In this document: one piece after another, positions 1-12,836 of the stretch | Layout of the letters: each line of letters starts with the position of its first letter | Position numbering within the stretch: position 1 is the first letter of the stretch | Assembly (NCBI RefSeq): GCF_001194135.2 | Contig: NC_069003.1 | Location: 28,849,655-28,913,255 of the forward strand | Source of the DNA: Octopus bimaculoides | Lineage: Eukaryota | Direction of reading: 5' to 3' | Length of the DNA: 63,601 bases | Made by a program: the position numbers and the translations under genes | The notes under the pieces: model-generated | What the model saw: the letters and a program-made list of their open reading frames with translations, nothing else | Told to the model about the DNA's origin: nothing | The model's database searches: none

Positions 1-56
1 TATATATTGCATGTTGTACGGTGTATTTTGTTTCTGGTTGAACTGAACAGTGTGAA

Positions 57-358
57 AGAGCATGACTCAGTGGTTATAGCGTCAGGATCGCAATCATGAG
101 ATAGTGAGTTCGGTTCCCATACCGGGTTGTGTATTGTGTCCTTGGGCAAGACAAGTTGCTCCAGTTCATTCAGCTGTAGAAATGAGTTGTAGCGTCACTG
201 GTGCCAAGTTGTATCCGCTTTTGCCTTTCCCGTGGACAACATTAATGGCGTGGAGGGGGGTTGCAGGTATGCATGGTCGACTGCAGGACTTGTGCCTCGG
301 AGGGTAACTTTCTAGGTGCAATCGCATGGTCATTCATAACAGAAGGGTATATTTACCA
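57..358 (+). mobile_element. tRNA-derived SINE (family D here) with CORE-like central box
   Basis: A-box-like TGACTCAGTGG, B-box-like GAGTTCGGTTCCC, central GTGTCCTTGGGCAAGACA then CTCCAGTTCATTCAGCTGTAGAAATGAGT, and a distinct 3' tail ending GAAGGGTATATTTACC. Confidence 0.75.
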
Positions 359-1700
359 TTTGAACTGAACAGATGTACACATCGAAACTTTATATTGGTT
401 TTAGTTGAAGTCTGCGCGGGGATTTTCTGCACCACTAGAATTGCTAGAGATAGTAACCAGATCACCCCGCACAAATCACTCATAACTGCACAATTCAGTC
501 ACTGAAGGGCTGAGCATGTATGGAGTAGCGCATATTTTAACGCACGTGTACTGAAACAAGCCTGGATTGAGCTTAAACTCCCACAACAACAACAGCGCCA
601 AAAGCAACAACATTGATTTAACGCCCAGAGATTAATAAATTTTGAGTCTCTATCTGTCAAATGTTTTCAGGAAAACAAAATGAAAATTATAAAAATTGGA
701 TTCTCGGTTGTGCCGTAGAATTACTTAAAGCATTTCTCTAACATAATTCTCAATTCAAACAGAATACACATGTAGATGATTATAAGGAAATTAAATCTTG
801 AATGACAAATAAGGAAATCTATTATAATTTATTACATTATTAATTGAGTATTACAACTTGCAGGTGAACAATTGAAAATGATTGGGATTAGCTTGTATCA
901 CGTTCAGTCTTAGATAGAATTTTCTCGAAATTAAATTGCTCTATAGTTTCAAAAAGTGGTTAATTTATTGAAACAACTAAATCGTAGTTAAATGAAAATT
1001 CTGAATAAATAGAATGACCGGCTGATTAAATATAATTGGCAGTGGAATTTTAAATGAAAGCAAATACAAAATTAAACATTTTGCCGTAAAATATGCGCGT
1101 CTTAAGACTGCACGCCATTTTGTGATAAAATATTAATTCAATTATCAACTGAAAAATCTGAATTAATGTAATTTCCATTTGCATTATATTAAACTGATGC
1201 ACAACGGTTATTCTGAAACGGAGAAATTGAAAGGTATAAATGTAGATCAAACTTTCTTATCTCAGCTTAAATAACATTACTGTAAAATGTCTTCGCTGAA
1301 AAGCATTTTAAATAAATTATGCAAATGTATATGTATACTTGTAACCCTAATATGTATATCTGTAGGACATCGTTTACATGAAACGGATAAACAATTCCCC
1401 TGACGAGCGCACGATAATATCTCAGACCCACATATTTGATTTGTAGTGTATTCAATTGAATACCATCAAAGACAGCGCGAAAAGCGGACTACAGAATATC
1501 CGGTTCACCATTACCATCTCTTGGATCTAGTACGAACTGTCAGTTTGCATCTCCCGGAGATACCTCCTCATCTTCCGTGAACATATGGCATATAGTAGAC
1601 CAATACGAGCCATCAAACCGGTCGAATACGGTATACAGGGTCTGTCTATTAAAATGGAGCAATATAGCTAAACAATCTGAGCTGCCGCTCTCGAATCATA

Positions 1701-1924
1701 TACGAGGTGGTGGCTGAAAAGTTCCTGGCTTTAAGGACATCGCGAAAGGCCTGGTTGGAGACCCGACATGTTCATTTCTTTTAGAAGGCTTAGAAAACCC
1801 GAAGTCCAATTGCAGTAAGTACGTGTGTCTGAGAGGGGAATATGTTGAATAAAATCATAATTAACTGGTCCTCCTTTATTTTCTTTTAGCCAAAGCCAGG
1901 AACATTTCAGTAACCACTCCTATA
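1701..1924 (+). mobile_element. Mariner-derived MITE with ~30-bp TIRs and transposase C-terminal remnant
   Basis: Left TACGAGGTGGTGGCTGAAAAGTTCCTGGCTTT and right AAAGCCAGGAACATTTCAGTAACCACTCCTATA are imperfect inverted repeats with TA ends. The interior reads ...KYVCLRGEYVE*, like mariner transposase C-termini. A second copy lies at 44431-44692. Confidence 0.8.
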
Positions 1925-2134
1925 ATCTGGAATGGTGGGTCCGAAAGAGTACGACCGTGTATACAAGTGCCCTAAATGAGCTTTTACAGAAGGATCTCTG
2001 GATCAACGATCTCGTAAGTAACAGGTCGCTAGTTCAATAATTTTGGTGTTTCCTTCTGGTAACAGACAATAAGTCATCAGATAACAATGTATGTTTGTGT
2101 TATCAAATAAAAGCGTCTCTTTGAGAAAATTCTC

Positions 2135-2510
2135 CATGCTAGAAATAGCAACCTCAATCCCTCCAAACCATATTACTAACGTTTGAACAACACAGGTTGA
2201 AACGTTATACAGTGATTACTATGGTAGACTGCAACTTTAGACAGTAATCTAGACTGTATTGCAATACAGGTCATATTGACCTGGGCAGACACGCAAAATC
2301 AAGATTTATCTATTCCTACCTGTGAAGGAGAATCTAGTTGATTGCAGCTAAATCTAACTCGAATTACACAAGTGTGACTTTAGAAACAAAGAAAGAGCGT
2401 ATCGGAAAATCCGGTCTGGAGTAAACTATGTCTAAGAAGACGTGGTTATCACGACAAGAAATCCTGACATTAGAGATCTGCTGGTTCGATGATAGATAAA
2501 TAACATCAAT
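2135..2510 (+). repeat. Unclassified dispersed repeat (family G), probably two degenerate tandem units
   Basis: Motif (C/T)GCTAGAAATA(G/A)C plus a similar downstream tract recurs at about 12955 (+), 24638 (+), 33280 (-) and 35710 (-). Confidence 0.45.
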
Positions 2511-2808
2511 AACAGCAAGTGCGACAAATTAATATCCATCACTTGATATAATATATATTCTGTATTCTTTATACAATCGATAACAAATCTTCCAAATAAT
2601 CATATATGTTAGCATGATTGATTCGGAATATGTTAAATTAGTATTATGATTGTGAAAGGTAGCTTAACCTCACATGACCTATGAGCAAAGTTATGAACAC
2701 AGAGATTCTTTCTTCGGATATCTAGTATTCTATCTTAATCACATAATATCTAGTTTACATTGTCCACGATGTCAGTTTTATGAGGCAGTATTGCTATTAG
2801 ATGTTGAT

Positions 2809-2883
2809 AAGGCGGAAAGCACGACGGGTAAAATGCTTAGCAGCATTTGGTCCGTCTATACGATCTGAGTTCAAATTCCACTG
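2809..2883 (+). mobile_element. SINE family A, 5' fragment
   Basis: AAATGCTTAGCAGCATTTGGTCCGTCTATACGATCTGAGTTCAAATTCCA matches the heads of full copies such as 12619-12836. Confidence 0.7.
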
Positions 2884-3004
2884 CTATTTCTGCCATCCAA
2901 GTGAACACGTAGAGGTTATCACGTTGTAAAATATTATTTCATTTTTCACTTTAGCTCATCTTATGCAAAACTCAACATGCGGAAACTATGTGTATGGCTG
3001 TCGG

Positions 3005-3165
3005 TTAAATTCCTCCAATACTACAGGTCACATACTGCACAATTTGGGTGAAACTTACACGTGTCTGTGGAATACTCAGGCACCTGTATGCTAATTGAAA
3101 TCGCGTATAGTTAAGCTTATCGAAGAACTCAATCATCATCGTCGAGACCAACGGAAGATCTATCG
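3005..3165 (+). mobile_element. SINE family F, 3' remnant
   Basis: TACACGTGTCTGTGGAATACTCAGGCACCTG matches 21085-21115 (+) and the reverse complement of 34240-34275. Confidence 0.55.
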
Positions 3166-3576
3166 TATGCACTAAAAATAAACAGTTGAACTGTAGAACG
3201 ATATTGAAAAATTTCATCACATTTTATATTAGCACCATATTACTTAATATTAACAAGGAGGACCGGATATGATCAGGTGGTAACATGTTTCGTTCTCAAT
3301 CGCATAATTTGGGGTCCAGTCTCACTGTCTGGAACGTTGGAAAAGATTCTTTTACTAAAGCCTTGGGGTGATATAAGCCTCATAAATCAATCTAGTAGAC
3401 AAAAAGTGAAAGATGCATGTCGTATATATGTGTGCGTGTGTGCATGCGTATGTATGTATGTGTGTCTCTCTGTGTGTGCGTGCATGTGTAAGGTGAGTAT
3501 GTATGGGTAACTTATCCAGGCGGGTACCGTAATAGCTCCCAAGTCAGTCTCTGTGTTCTTTATGATTGTTTAAAAG

Positions 3577-3675
<99 letters not shown>

Positions 3676-3945
3676 CGTGTGTATGTGTGTGTGCGTATGT
3701 GTGTGTGTGTGTGTATGTGTGTGTGTGTGTGTATATAAAGGTTTATATGCATATATATGATATATGCATACGTGTTAGTCCCACACCACTGCTTGACAAA
3801 TGGTTGTGGTTTGCTTACACCCCATTAAGCTAGCGGTTCGTTAGAAAGGGAACGATGGTATAAAACTCAAGACAAAATCCCTTCAAGGCAGTGCCCTAGC
3901 GTGGGCACCGTCGAATAACTGAAGAAAGCAAACGATAATAGATAA
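3577..3945 (+). mobile_element. (TA)n/(TG)n array followed by SINE 3' module (family B)
   Basis: GCTTGACAA...TAGCGGTTCG...CCCTTCAAGGCAGTGCCCTAGCGTGG...GAATAACTGAAG is homologous to 22207-22366, 39252-39363 (-) and 55031-55235. Confidence 0.65.
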
Positions 3946-5640
3946 TATTTGCTTTTATCATTTGACCAAAATAATTATATGTATTTTACCTATTGAAATC
4001 CGTTTATTCTATTCCATCGAAACCGTTTGAATAGTAAAAGACTACATTTTCGTAAGCTTCCTATTCTTCTATACCTTTGTGCCTAAGTATTAGCTACGCA
4101 GTGCATCCTATTTAGGTAATGTACGGCTTGGAATCGTTGAAGCTTGTTATTTTTAATTATTCATTGAAATCCATTTGAAAAATGCAAATTGAATTACACT
4201 TTAAATACGATTGTCAAGAACCCATCAATTTATTATATTCCCTCTGTGTTATTACTTTGTCTAAAGCTCAACAAAATGCATTTACATGTTATTAGTAGTG
4301 TAAGCATTATGTGCATCAGCCCACATTTAACACGTAGACACATATAAGATATCAGATCAGCGCGACTAACGCATGCCAATTTTTCGTTTTAGAAAAGAAC
4401 TGACAGCAAATACTAAAAATGGAGGCACGCATTCTACATCTGCTTGACAAAAGATAACATTCGTTACGTTCATGCTAAATGTTCAATAACTGTTCCAGTG
4501 CAGGCTTTCAAAAGCAGCATTAAAATTCTATCGATGATTGAACAATATCAAATATAGGAAAGTCTGCGTGCAACTACTCATACTAATTGAAGTTTTTGTA
4601 TTGAAAGTATTTCTACGGTCTGTCATAATAACAAAAGTCTGTAACAACGCGATCTGAGCGCTCTGGCAGCAGATACAATTACGGAGATCAGTTCATTAAC
4701 ATACATCTGTTGTTTTTTTGCTTTATCATTCATTGATTTTGTGGCATATAATTTGCTGTTGTAGTTTCAAAACTTGTTATTTAGCAGAGTCGGCAAGTAG
4801 GCAGAAAGTTACACCACAAAAAAAAATATCGGATTAGAAAATAACTTGAGAGATACTTAGATTGACTCACACTGTTGGTTTCAACTCTCTGCTGCGATCT
4901 GGGTTCAAAACTAGACGACGTCAGCCTTGCCTTTTACTCCTTGGACGTCAATAGAAAGCACCGATTCAGGACTTCTGCGGGTTTTTGGAATGGTCAGTCC
5001 AGCGAATTTACAGGGACAGAAAGTAAATAAATAATTTTACATATAAATACACAGCGGGGCGTTTTACTATGCCTACATACCTACATACATACATACATAC
5101 ATACATACATACAGATACACACACACTTGCATATGTATGTATATCAATATAAATATACATATATATGAATATAAATATATAATTATATATATACACAAAT
5201 ATATACATACATGCATACATATATATGTGTGTGCGAGTGTGTGAGTGTGTGAGAGTGTGTGTACATCACACATACATACATGTATACGTATATAAAGATA
5301 AAGAAAGACTTTAATGATAAGTTAAAATTGTTTCTGTACCAACTTTGCTTTTAACGCCAGTTCACGCAAAAGTTTCAAGTGAAAATTTATATATTTCTAG
5401 TTTTAAACATTAGAGTGTCACTTCTTTTGACCTGCATCAAAGATGCGGTCTTACATTGTGCGTCTGTCCGATTTAATATGTGTCTTATGTCGGGAGGAAA
5501 CAAGGAGTTAATAAAGATAAAAATATAAACCTTTTGACACCTACATTTTCTACATCAAAAGAATTTCTGACAGTGTAGATGGCCTAAAGCACAGTTTGGA
5601 TGCTACCTTCGGAATACTCCATCTTTCTACTCCACAAGAG

Positions 5641-5800
5641 ATAGGGCTTGGTTCTGTGGTAAGAAGCTTGGTTCCCAGCCAAATAGTTCTGGGTTCAGTC
5701 GCACTGCTTGGTACCTTGGGCAAGTGTTTTCTGCTGTAGCCTCGGGCCGATCAAAGCCTTGTAAGTGGATTTGGTAGACGGAAGCAGAAAGAAGCCCATC
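5641..5800 (+). mobile_element. tRNA-derived SINE 5' module (family C), followed by TA/TATC/TG microsatellite to ~6008
   Basis: GTGGTAAGAAGCTTG...GGGTTCAGTCGCACTG...CCTTGGGCAAGTG...AAAGCCTTGTAAGTGGATTTGGTAGACGGAAG...GAAGCCC is closely similar to 53264-53424. Confidence 0.8.
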
Positions 5801-5845
5801 CTACATATATACATATACATACATATATCTATACCTATCCCTATC

Positions 5846-5930
<85 letters not shown>

Positions 5931-5955
5931 CGCTCTTTCTCTGTCTCTCTCTCTT

Positions 5956-5992
<37 letters not shown>

Positions 5993-6329
5993 GTATGTGT
6001 GTGTGTATAGATTTGATGACAGAAATATTTGAAATAGTTATTTCATGTAAAAATATGTTAAAGTATTTAGTTTTCTTCAGCAGTTCAAAATTAATTATTT
6101 ATTTAGAAATATGTTGATGACTCATATTTTAAATAGTATCATCACATGAATTCATATGTTCCATATAATTATGTATAATTACGTACAATGTTCATTATTT
6201 ATAATTTATTAATTATTTTTATGAAACAAACTAACCAATAATGTCAAAAATCAATTTATGAATATCACTATCGGAAACACAGTTCGAAGAAATGATGAGT
6301 AACAGAAAGTGTACCACTTTCATACTTCC

Positions 6330-6337
6330 TGTCATCG

Positions 6338-6388
<51 letters not shown>

Positions 6389-6506
6389 TTGACGTTTGTT
6401 TCCATTAATGCTGCTGTCATCGTAACCATAATCATGGGAATGATCAACGTGAACATCAATATCATCAACACCAAAACAATCACCACCATACGTTGACGAC
6501 GACCAT

Positions 6507-6544
<38 letters not shown>

Positions 6545-6830
6545 CCATCATTGCCATCATCATTATCATCATCATCATTACCATCATTGTCGTCGTCTTC
6601 CCCTTCTACCTCCACCTCCTCCTCCTCCTCCTCCTCCTCCTCCTCTTCTCTTAATACTACTTCTTCACCTCATCTATCCGCATCAGCGTTTTCGTGATTG
6701 ATGTCGTTCGCGTCGTCATTCTCCTTTATCTTCCACTTCATCATCATCATCATGATGACGACGAAGACGATGATCATCAACATCAGCATCATCATCATCA
6801 TCATCATCATCGTCAGTGCAATCATCATTA
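6330..6830. repeat. Compound triplet array (GTC/ATC/CTC)n
   Basis: Runs of GTC, ATC, CTC and related triplets; source of the poly-D and poly-M ORFs. Confidence 0.95.
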
Positions 6831-6941
6831 TAATCCACGTCACTACAGTCTTCACTCCTTAAGATCTTAATTACAATTATCTCAGTCGTCGACGTCATTA
6901 TTCTGAGCCAAATGATGTTTTCAAATGTTTGCATGATGTCA

Positions 6942-7341
6942 CCAATTTTGAGGGGCGGGGTTAGTTGACCTCCGAGCTTAAATGATTCTTATTTTATCGA
7001 CTAGGAAAGGATGGATAGCAAAATCGACTTTGATGAAATTTCAGCTCATAAACAACCCCAAGAAATGCCGCTAAGCATTTTGCCCAACGCGCTAACCCAT
7101 CTGCCAACTCACCACCTTAACCATGATAATCCTTGCGGATATTGGAACAAGGCCTTAAATTTTCAGGGGTCCTTTTCGATTGCATCGAACCAAGAACCCA
7201 ACTCGTACTTAATTTATCGAAACCGAAAAAAAAAAAAAATGAAAGGCAGAGTCGGTAATTGAACCCATAGCTTAACGAACCCCAAAGAATTACGCTAAGA
7301 ATTTTATCTCAAGCTCCAGCATTCTACCAGCACTCCACCTT
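6942..7341 (-). mobile_element. Two tandem SINE family A copies (6942-7118, 7140-7341)
   Basis: Each shows the reverse-strand core (TTATCGA...GGATG/ATGAAAGGCA...GTCG) and head (GCTAAG...TTCT(A/G)CCA...CACCTT). Confidence 0.75.
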
Positions 7342-8685
7342 CGTCATCGAAAGAAAAAACCCCAGTTATTATCGCCTCCATGGTAATGACAACGGCCATA
7401 ATGAATAACATGAATAACACTATTAATTAGCAGAACTGTCATGTGACATTTGCAGTTGCCAGGGCCAGAGTAAGACACATAGAGGCCCTAATCCCTTAAA
7501 AGATTTTGCTGGCTCCAGATTTATGTAATTCAAAATATAAGTAATAATAAATCATAAGATAAACTATTATATTTCAAAATGAATTAAGGCTAGCAGTAAA
7601 ATGGGAACTAAGGTTTATTTTGGATACTTTCGCTTTATTTATTGACATTTATAATTGAAACGTTTTTTCCTACATTTTTCAATTGGAATGTCTCTAATCA
7701 GGTCCTAATAATTAATTTTACGTAACACATCTGCTTTTCTGTTTAATAGAGGTGAGGCATCCCGAATATCATTTTAGCAAGTGTAAAACTGATTTCTTTT
7801 GTACCGTAAATGCCTTACCATTTCTGTAGTGACGCCACCCCGTTTCCCTTGATGTTCGAAACACGCGCTTATTTTACTGAATCGTTAATCCAGCGCTGGC
7901 TGTTACTGTAGCAGAAGAAGCAGTAATAGTAGCGGCAACATTGGAAGAAGCAGAATTACAGACTAAACGTAGAAAACCAATTCCATTAAATTATACTTAC
8001 ATGGCTATAAAATAAACAAGACCAGATATTTATATAGAAATTTCTATTGTTAAATAATGTATTTGTTTTCCAAAACATCTTGATGCGAAACCGTGTATTG
8101 AAAAAAAGCATTATTCCGTTCCCAAGCGGTTTTATTTCTGTTTCATGATACTAAATTTTTGAAGTTTTTTGTCGCACGACACCCTGGGGAAAATTTTATT
8201 TATCAAGCTAAGGTTGTGCAGCGAAATACTTAAAACAAATAAACAAGCGAACAAAACACAGACAATAATTGTTTATAATATCAGCACAGGTAAGAATTTT
8301 GTGGTGAGAGAATTAGTCGACTGTATCGATACAAGTAGTTGAACAGTGCTATATTTTATTGACTTCGGAAGAAATTATATCTATATGATATGTTAAATGT
8401 ATCGGTATATATTCTTTTTTAATAAGCCATACTTAGCCACGTGACGTAGGACAAAAGAAACCAAAAGAAAGTGAGCGATGGTGGTAGGAGAGAAAATTAC
8501 GCATACACACGTAAACTAATGCATGCGCAGGCACACGCACACACATACACACGCATATATCTATATACATATACACATATTTACTTATGTAAATACGTCA
8601 CAAGTGATTATGACGTAACAGTGGAATTTAAGAGTTTTCAAATTCACTTTACGTTATTTCAATCAAAAACGCACATCAAAACACC

Positions 8686-8723
<38 letters not shown>

Positions 8724-8846
8724 ACAGATATAGATAGACACTTCGTAAAACATTGTTTTATGTCTATTCTAACTTGTAAAGGGTTATATATTTTTTTTAT
8801 TAATTGACATACTTATGTTTCAGATTCTGTATGTGACTGTTTAATC

Positions 8847-9126
8847 ATGCCATGTACAAAAGACGTCTTAGAACTGTCTGAATTTTAAGGAGACCGTGTT
8901 GTAGGTCATTCTGAAGTGGATACAGTGAGGGTAAAATTGTGCGACCAGATCAACCAGGTCCCTCTGGCAGGACCTTTCTCTTTATTAAGAGAAGGGTGGA
9001 AGATAATACCCGTTGCAAGGCCTCTGACTTAGCAGAACAAATTGATGTCAATCCCAAAACAGCTGTCAGGTATCTCCACAAAGTTGGTTGCTATGGCAGA
9101 ACAGCAAGAAGGATGCGACTTCTTGT
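8847..9126 (+). pseudogene. Tc1-like transposase N-terminal relic, frameshifted and internally deleted
   Basis: MPCTKDVLELSEF*GDRVVGHSE, then a shifted frame RPDQPGPSGRTFLFIKRRVEDNTRCKASDLAEQIDVNPKTAVRYLHKVGCYGRTARRMRLL. This matches the Tc1 layout: paired-like HTH, GRP-like linker, second HTH, then G..GR.ARRKPLL. Confidence 0.8.
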
Positions 9127-9489
9127 TATACTGAGATTGTATACATGCATGTATACAATTAATTATTTACAATACGAATGCATGTATACAATTCTTTCTT
9201 CACAATTCTTTCGTGCATAGGTGAGTTACATAAGATATATATATATATATAAAGTTATGAAAATTTAAATAATGTGCGTTAATTAGTTTTGCTGTCATGG
9301 CGTTGACAAATTATTGTGTCTTATTCAAAATGCAATTATTTACAAGTATTATGCAAAATTCATGTTTGTTTATTTACGCAGTTGAATGTTTGTCATATAT
9401 TGTGGTCCATACGTTGGTGTATTTATGATATTCTTACCAAAAATTAAATTGAAGCTCTAATGAGTAATTAAATGAACAAAGACTCAAAT

Positions 9490-10300
9490 GATTGATTTTT
9501 ACAATACTCTGAAGAAAAATCGTCTCGCAAAGAATCTGGTGTAACGGCTAGGGTCTGCTAAAATATCTACTAAAAACAATAAATGTTTATCAGAAAGAAC
9601 TATAAAACTTGGCTAATGTTTCCAAGGAATTCAACAAATAAATGTAAAACTAAAACAATCATTTATGAAGAGAATATAGAGAGAAGACAAATTATTACCA
9701 AAAAAGATGAACGCTAAATTTAAAGTTGAATACAAAAGGCCATATTAAAAAGATACTAACAGAAGCCGTTACATTTCCAACACCTGATAATATTGCACTA
9801 AACAAAAGTAGATAGATAAAAACATGATATTACTGAGAACTGATGGACTCAAAGCTAAAATCTAAAGGCTTTTATTGTGGTAGCAGATCAAAGCCATGCT
9901 CGCAGAAAATTGTGGAACCATATTATGAATCAGAATACAAACTTGTAAATGTGACTGCAGAATTTGTAGAGATGTCTTTTAAACAAAAAAATGCATAGTT
10001 TCTGGGAGCTTAGGTTTTACCAAATGGGAATATACATTCATAACAGATATAGATTTATCATAACATAGAAACGATTCTAAAATTATAGAATACATAAATA
10101 ATGGTATACCAACTGACACCGGAAATCTAGTTTGGAAATCTTGGCATGATAATAGCCTATATGAACATGTTACCATTTCAAAGTAGTTTTTCATAGCCTG
10201 GGAATGGAAATATCCCAAACCAAGAGAGATGAATCAAATCGTTCATATTTTACTGTTATATGAATTATATATGCATGAATATTAAAGAAATTTAAGAGAA
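9490..10300 (+). pseudogene. Decayed RLE-type non-LTR retrotransposon (R4/NeSL-like) C-terminal region
   Basis: With frameshifts: LLRTDGLKA..GFIVVA-DQS (9824-9900), CRIC...CIVSGS (zinc knuckle CxxC..HxxSGC, 9956-10010), HNR (10039), and LGMEISQTKRDESNRSYFTVI (10198-10260) in register with WDMPIHTDKEIKANRPDIVI. Confidence 0.65.
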
Positions 10301-10637
10301 AGGAAAAAGGGGCAATGACGATATCATGCTGAAACAGTTTATTAACTTGCATTTTTCCCGTATCCATAAACTTTGAGACAGTCATTTCTATAAATTTATT
10401 TGAATCCCAAAACACTGTTCGTTCAATCGAATACATGTTGTACGTTTTAACCGGTCACCATATGTCTATCTCCAATTATTTACCATCTTAATAATACGGA
10501 CAACAGTTGTAGGTAGCATTTTGTTGAACGTCATCCTATAACGAAGCAACATCTGATCAAATGCGTCATCAACACGTTTTCTTTTTCGGGCATAATACTG
10601 TAAGTAGGACTATAATTGCAGAAATAATGCTTTTTAC

Positions 10638-11029
10638 TAAAGACACAAGGATTGAATTTTGGGGGATGGGGCGGGGAGACGATTTCATCTCAATGATACT
10701 TAATTTATCGACCTCAAAATGGATGACAGGCAAAATCAATCTCGGCGGAATTTGAACTCAAACTGTAGCGACCGGTGAAATATCGCTGAGCATTTCGCCT
10801 TGCGTGCTGACGATTCTTTGCTACTCTAGGTACAAGGCCCGAAATTTTGGGAGAGGGGGCTAGTCGATTAAATCGACTCCAGTTCACAACTGGTACTTAA
10901 TTTAACGACCCCGAGAAGATGAAAGGCAAAGTCGACCTCGGCAGAATTTGAAGTCAAAACTTAAAGACAGACGACATACAGCTAATCATTTCGCCCCACG
11001 TGCTAACGTTTCTACCAGCTCACCGCCTT
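10638..11029 (-). mobile_element. Two tandem SINE family A copies (10638-10822, 10823-11029)
   Basis: Reverse-strand core CTTAATTT(A)TCGACC...GATGA(C/A)AGGCAAA..TC..CTCGGC.GAATTTGAA in both; the second is full length and ends CACCGCCTT. Confidence 0.85.
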
Positions 11030-11731
11030 ACACATTTCAGTAACAATACCGAAATAATACTGTAGAGCAGATTAAATGTCCAGTTGTAGGGTTAATGTAT
11101 TACAAGAGAGACGAGGACTTGAGGTATATCCACTAGGATGTACAATCACTTGGGGTTAAATATAATCGTAGATTAACAATACTGTTGTTGATTCCCCAGA
11201 ATTATGATTAGGGGTATTCAATTGTATTCAAACAATAGTCCTTTCGTTTTTCAACCCCTATCACAAACACTCTCGCCAAAGAAACACAGACATAAACATA
11301 AAAATGTGTGTGCTTTTCTGTACTTCATATTTTATTTAAGATTTGACATATCTGTAATTATTCTTTAAAGCGAGTGTTGAAAGAGAATTGTCTAATTTCC
11401 TATAGCGTGACCGACCATTGACTCGCAATTGAAATAGTAACATAGTAACTAAGAACTGAACACGCACATGTCTACCCAAACAGATACACACACACATACA
11501 CACTTACATACATATATATATACATACAGCACTATATTTATGTATATATTTATATGTTTATGCATATCTATCTGTATATCAATCTATCTATCTATTTATC
11601 TTTCTCCCCCTCGCTCTCTCTCTCCCTCCCTCCCTCTCTCTCTCTGTATGTATATATATATACGCATAAATATGTGTATATATATTCCTTTTCGAAATAT
11701 ACATACATATATATTTATACATATATATATG

Positions 11732-11765
<34 letters not shown>

Positions 11766-12036
11766 NNNNNNNNNNNNNNNNNNNNNNNNNNNNNNNNNNN
11801 NNNNNNNNNNNNNNNNNNNNNNNNNNNNNNNNNNNNNNNNNNNNNNNNNNNNNNNNNNNNNNNNNNNNNNNNNNNNNNNNNNNNNNNNNNNNNNNNNNNN
11901 NNNNNNNNNNNNNNNNNNNNNNNNNNNNNNNNNNNNNNNNNNNNNNNNNNNNNNNNNNNNNNNNNNNNNNNNNNNNNNNNNNNNNNNNNNNNNNNNNNNN
12001 NNNNNNNNNNNNNNNNNNNNNNNNTATATATATATA

Positions 12037-12168
12037 TACGAGGCGAGGCGTGTATGAAAAGTCTTGAACCTCAAGAAAGCAAAACATGGTACAAGACTTT
12101 TGATGAAGGTACAAGACTTCAAGGTTCAAACGCCTTGAAGGCTCAAAACTTTTCATACACCTCTAGTA
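12037..12168. mobile_element. 132-bp mariner-type MITE
   Basis: TACGAGGCG(AGGCG)TGTATGAAAAGTCTTGAACCT and AGGCTCAAAACTTTTCATACACCTCTAGTA are ~30-bp imperfect TIRs with TA ends; the element sits in a (TA)n run. Confidence 0.75.
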
Positions 12169-12618
12169 TTTATATATATTTGAAAAAAGAAAACGAATGA
12201 CTTCACTGGTAGTTCTAATCATTTTAATTTATTATTCTTTTATTTTCTAATAATATAAATCTTACACTTTAGTCCGTAGATCTAGTAAGCTCCTCGTTAA
12301 CTTGGGTGGGAAGATTTAAAAATAAAAATTCTTCTTAACTTTTCTGAAGAATTTTTGTCGCATTCGTTGTCAAGGTTTAGTAGCAGAGCATTTGTCACGA
12401 GCAATTTAAGGTCATCATTTTATGATGTACTTATGATGTAAATATTGGTATTCTATGTAGCTGTGTCAATAAATGAAATATTATAGTAGCACGCTTAATA
12501 TTTAGGTTTTCCCAAAGTAGTACAACATGAACAAACAATTTCACATTAGGCTGCATACTTGGCTTGAATGCTTGGAGGAGAGTGGAATTCACTGAAGTCA
12601 GAATAGAGCAGGGTTTAA

Positions 12619-12836
12619 AAGGCGGCGAACGGGCAGTAACGTTAGCACGCCGGGCGAAATACTTAGCGGTATTTCGTCAGACTTTACGTTCTGAGTTCAA
12701 ATTCCCGCGAGGTCGACTTTGCCTTTCGTTCTTTCGGGGTCGATGAATTTAGTACCATTTGCATACTAGGGTCGATCTCATCAACTGGCCCCCTTCCACA
12801 AAATGTTGGGCCTTGTGCCTAGAGTAGAAAAGAATA
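12619..12836 (+). mobile_element. Full-length SINE family A (best-preserved copy)
   Basis: GGCGGCGAAC head, B-box GAGTTCAAATTCC, core GTCGACTTTGCCTTTCGTTCTTTCGGGGTCGATGAATTTAGTACC, tail GGCCTTGTGCCTAGAGTAGAAAAGAAT. Confidence 0.9.

Noticed and set aside
2040-2090. Minus-strand CTGATGA...GAAAC with a small internal hairpin
   Set aside because: The stem II closing pair is C-G instead of G-C and there is no stem III or cleavage triplet partner.
3058-3170. Minus-strand exon candidate with good AG and GTAAGT sites (HTIDLPLVSTMMIEFFDKLNYTRFQLAYRCLSIPQTR)
   Set aside because: It overlaps the family F SINE tail remnant and the peptide resembles nothing I recognise; exonisation cannot be excluded without RNA data.
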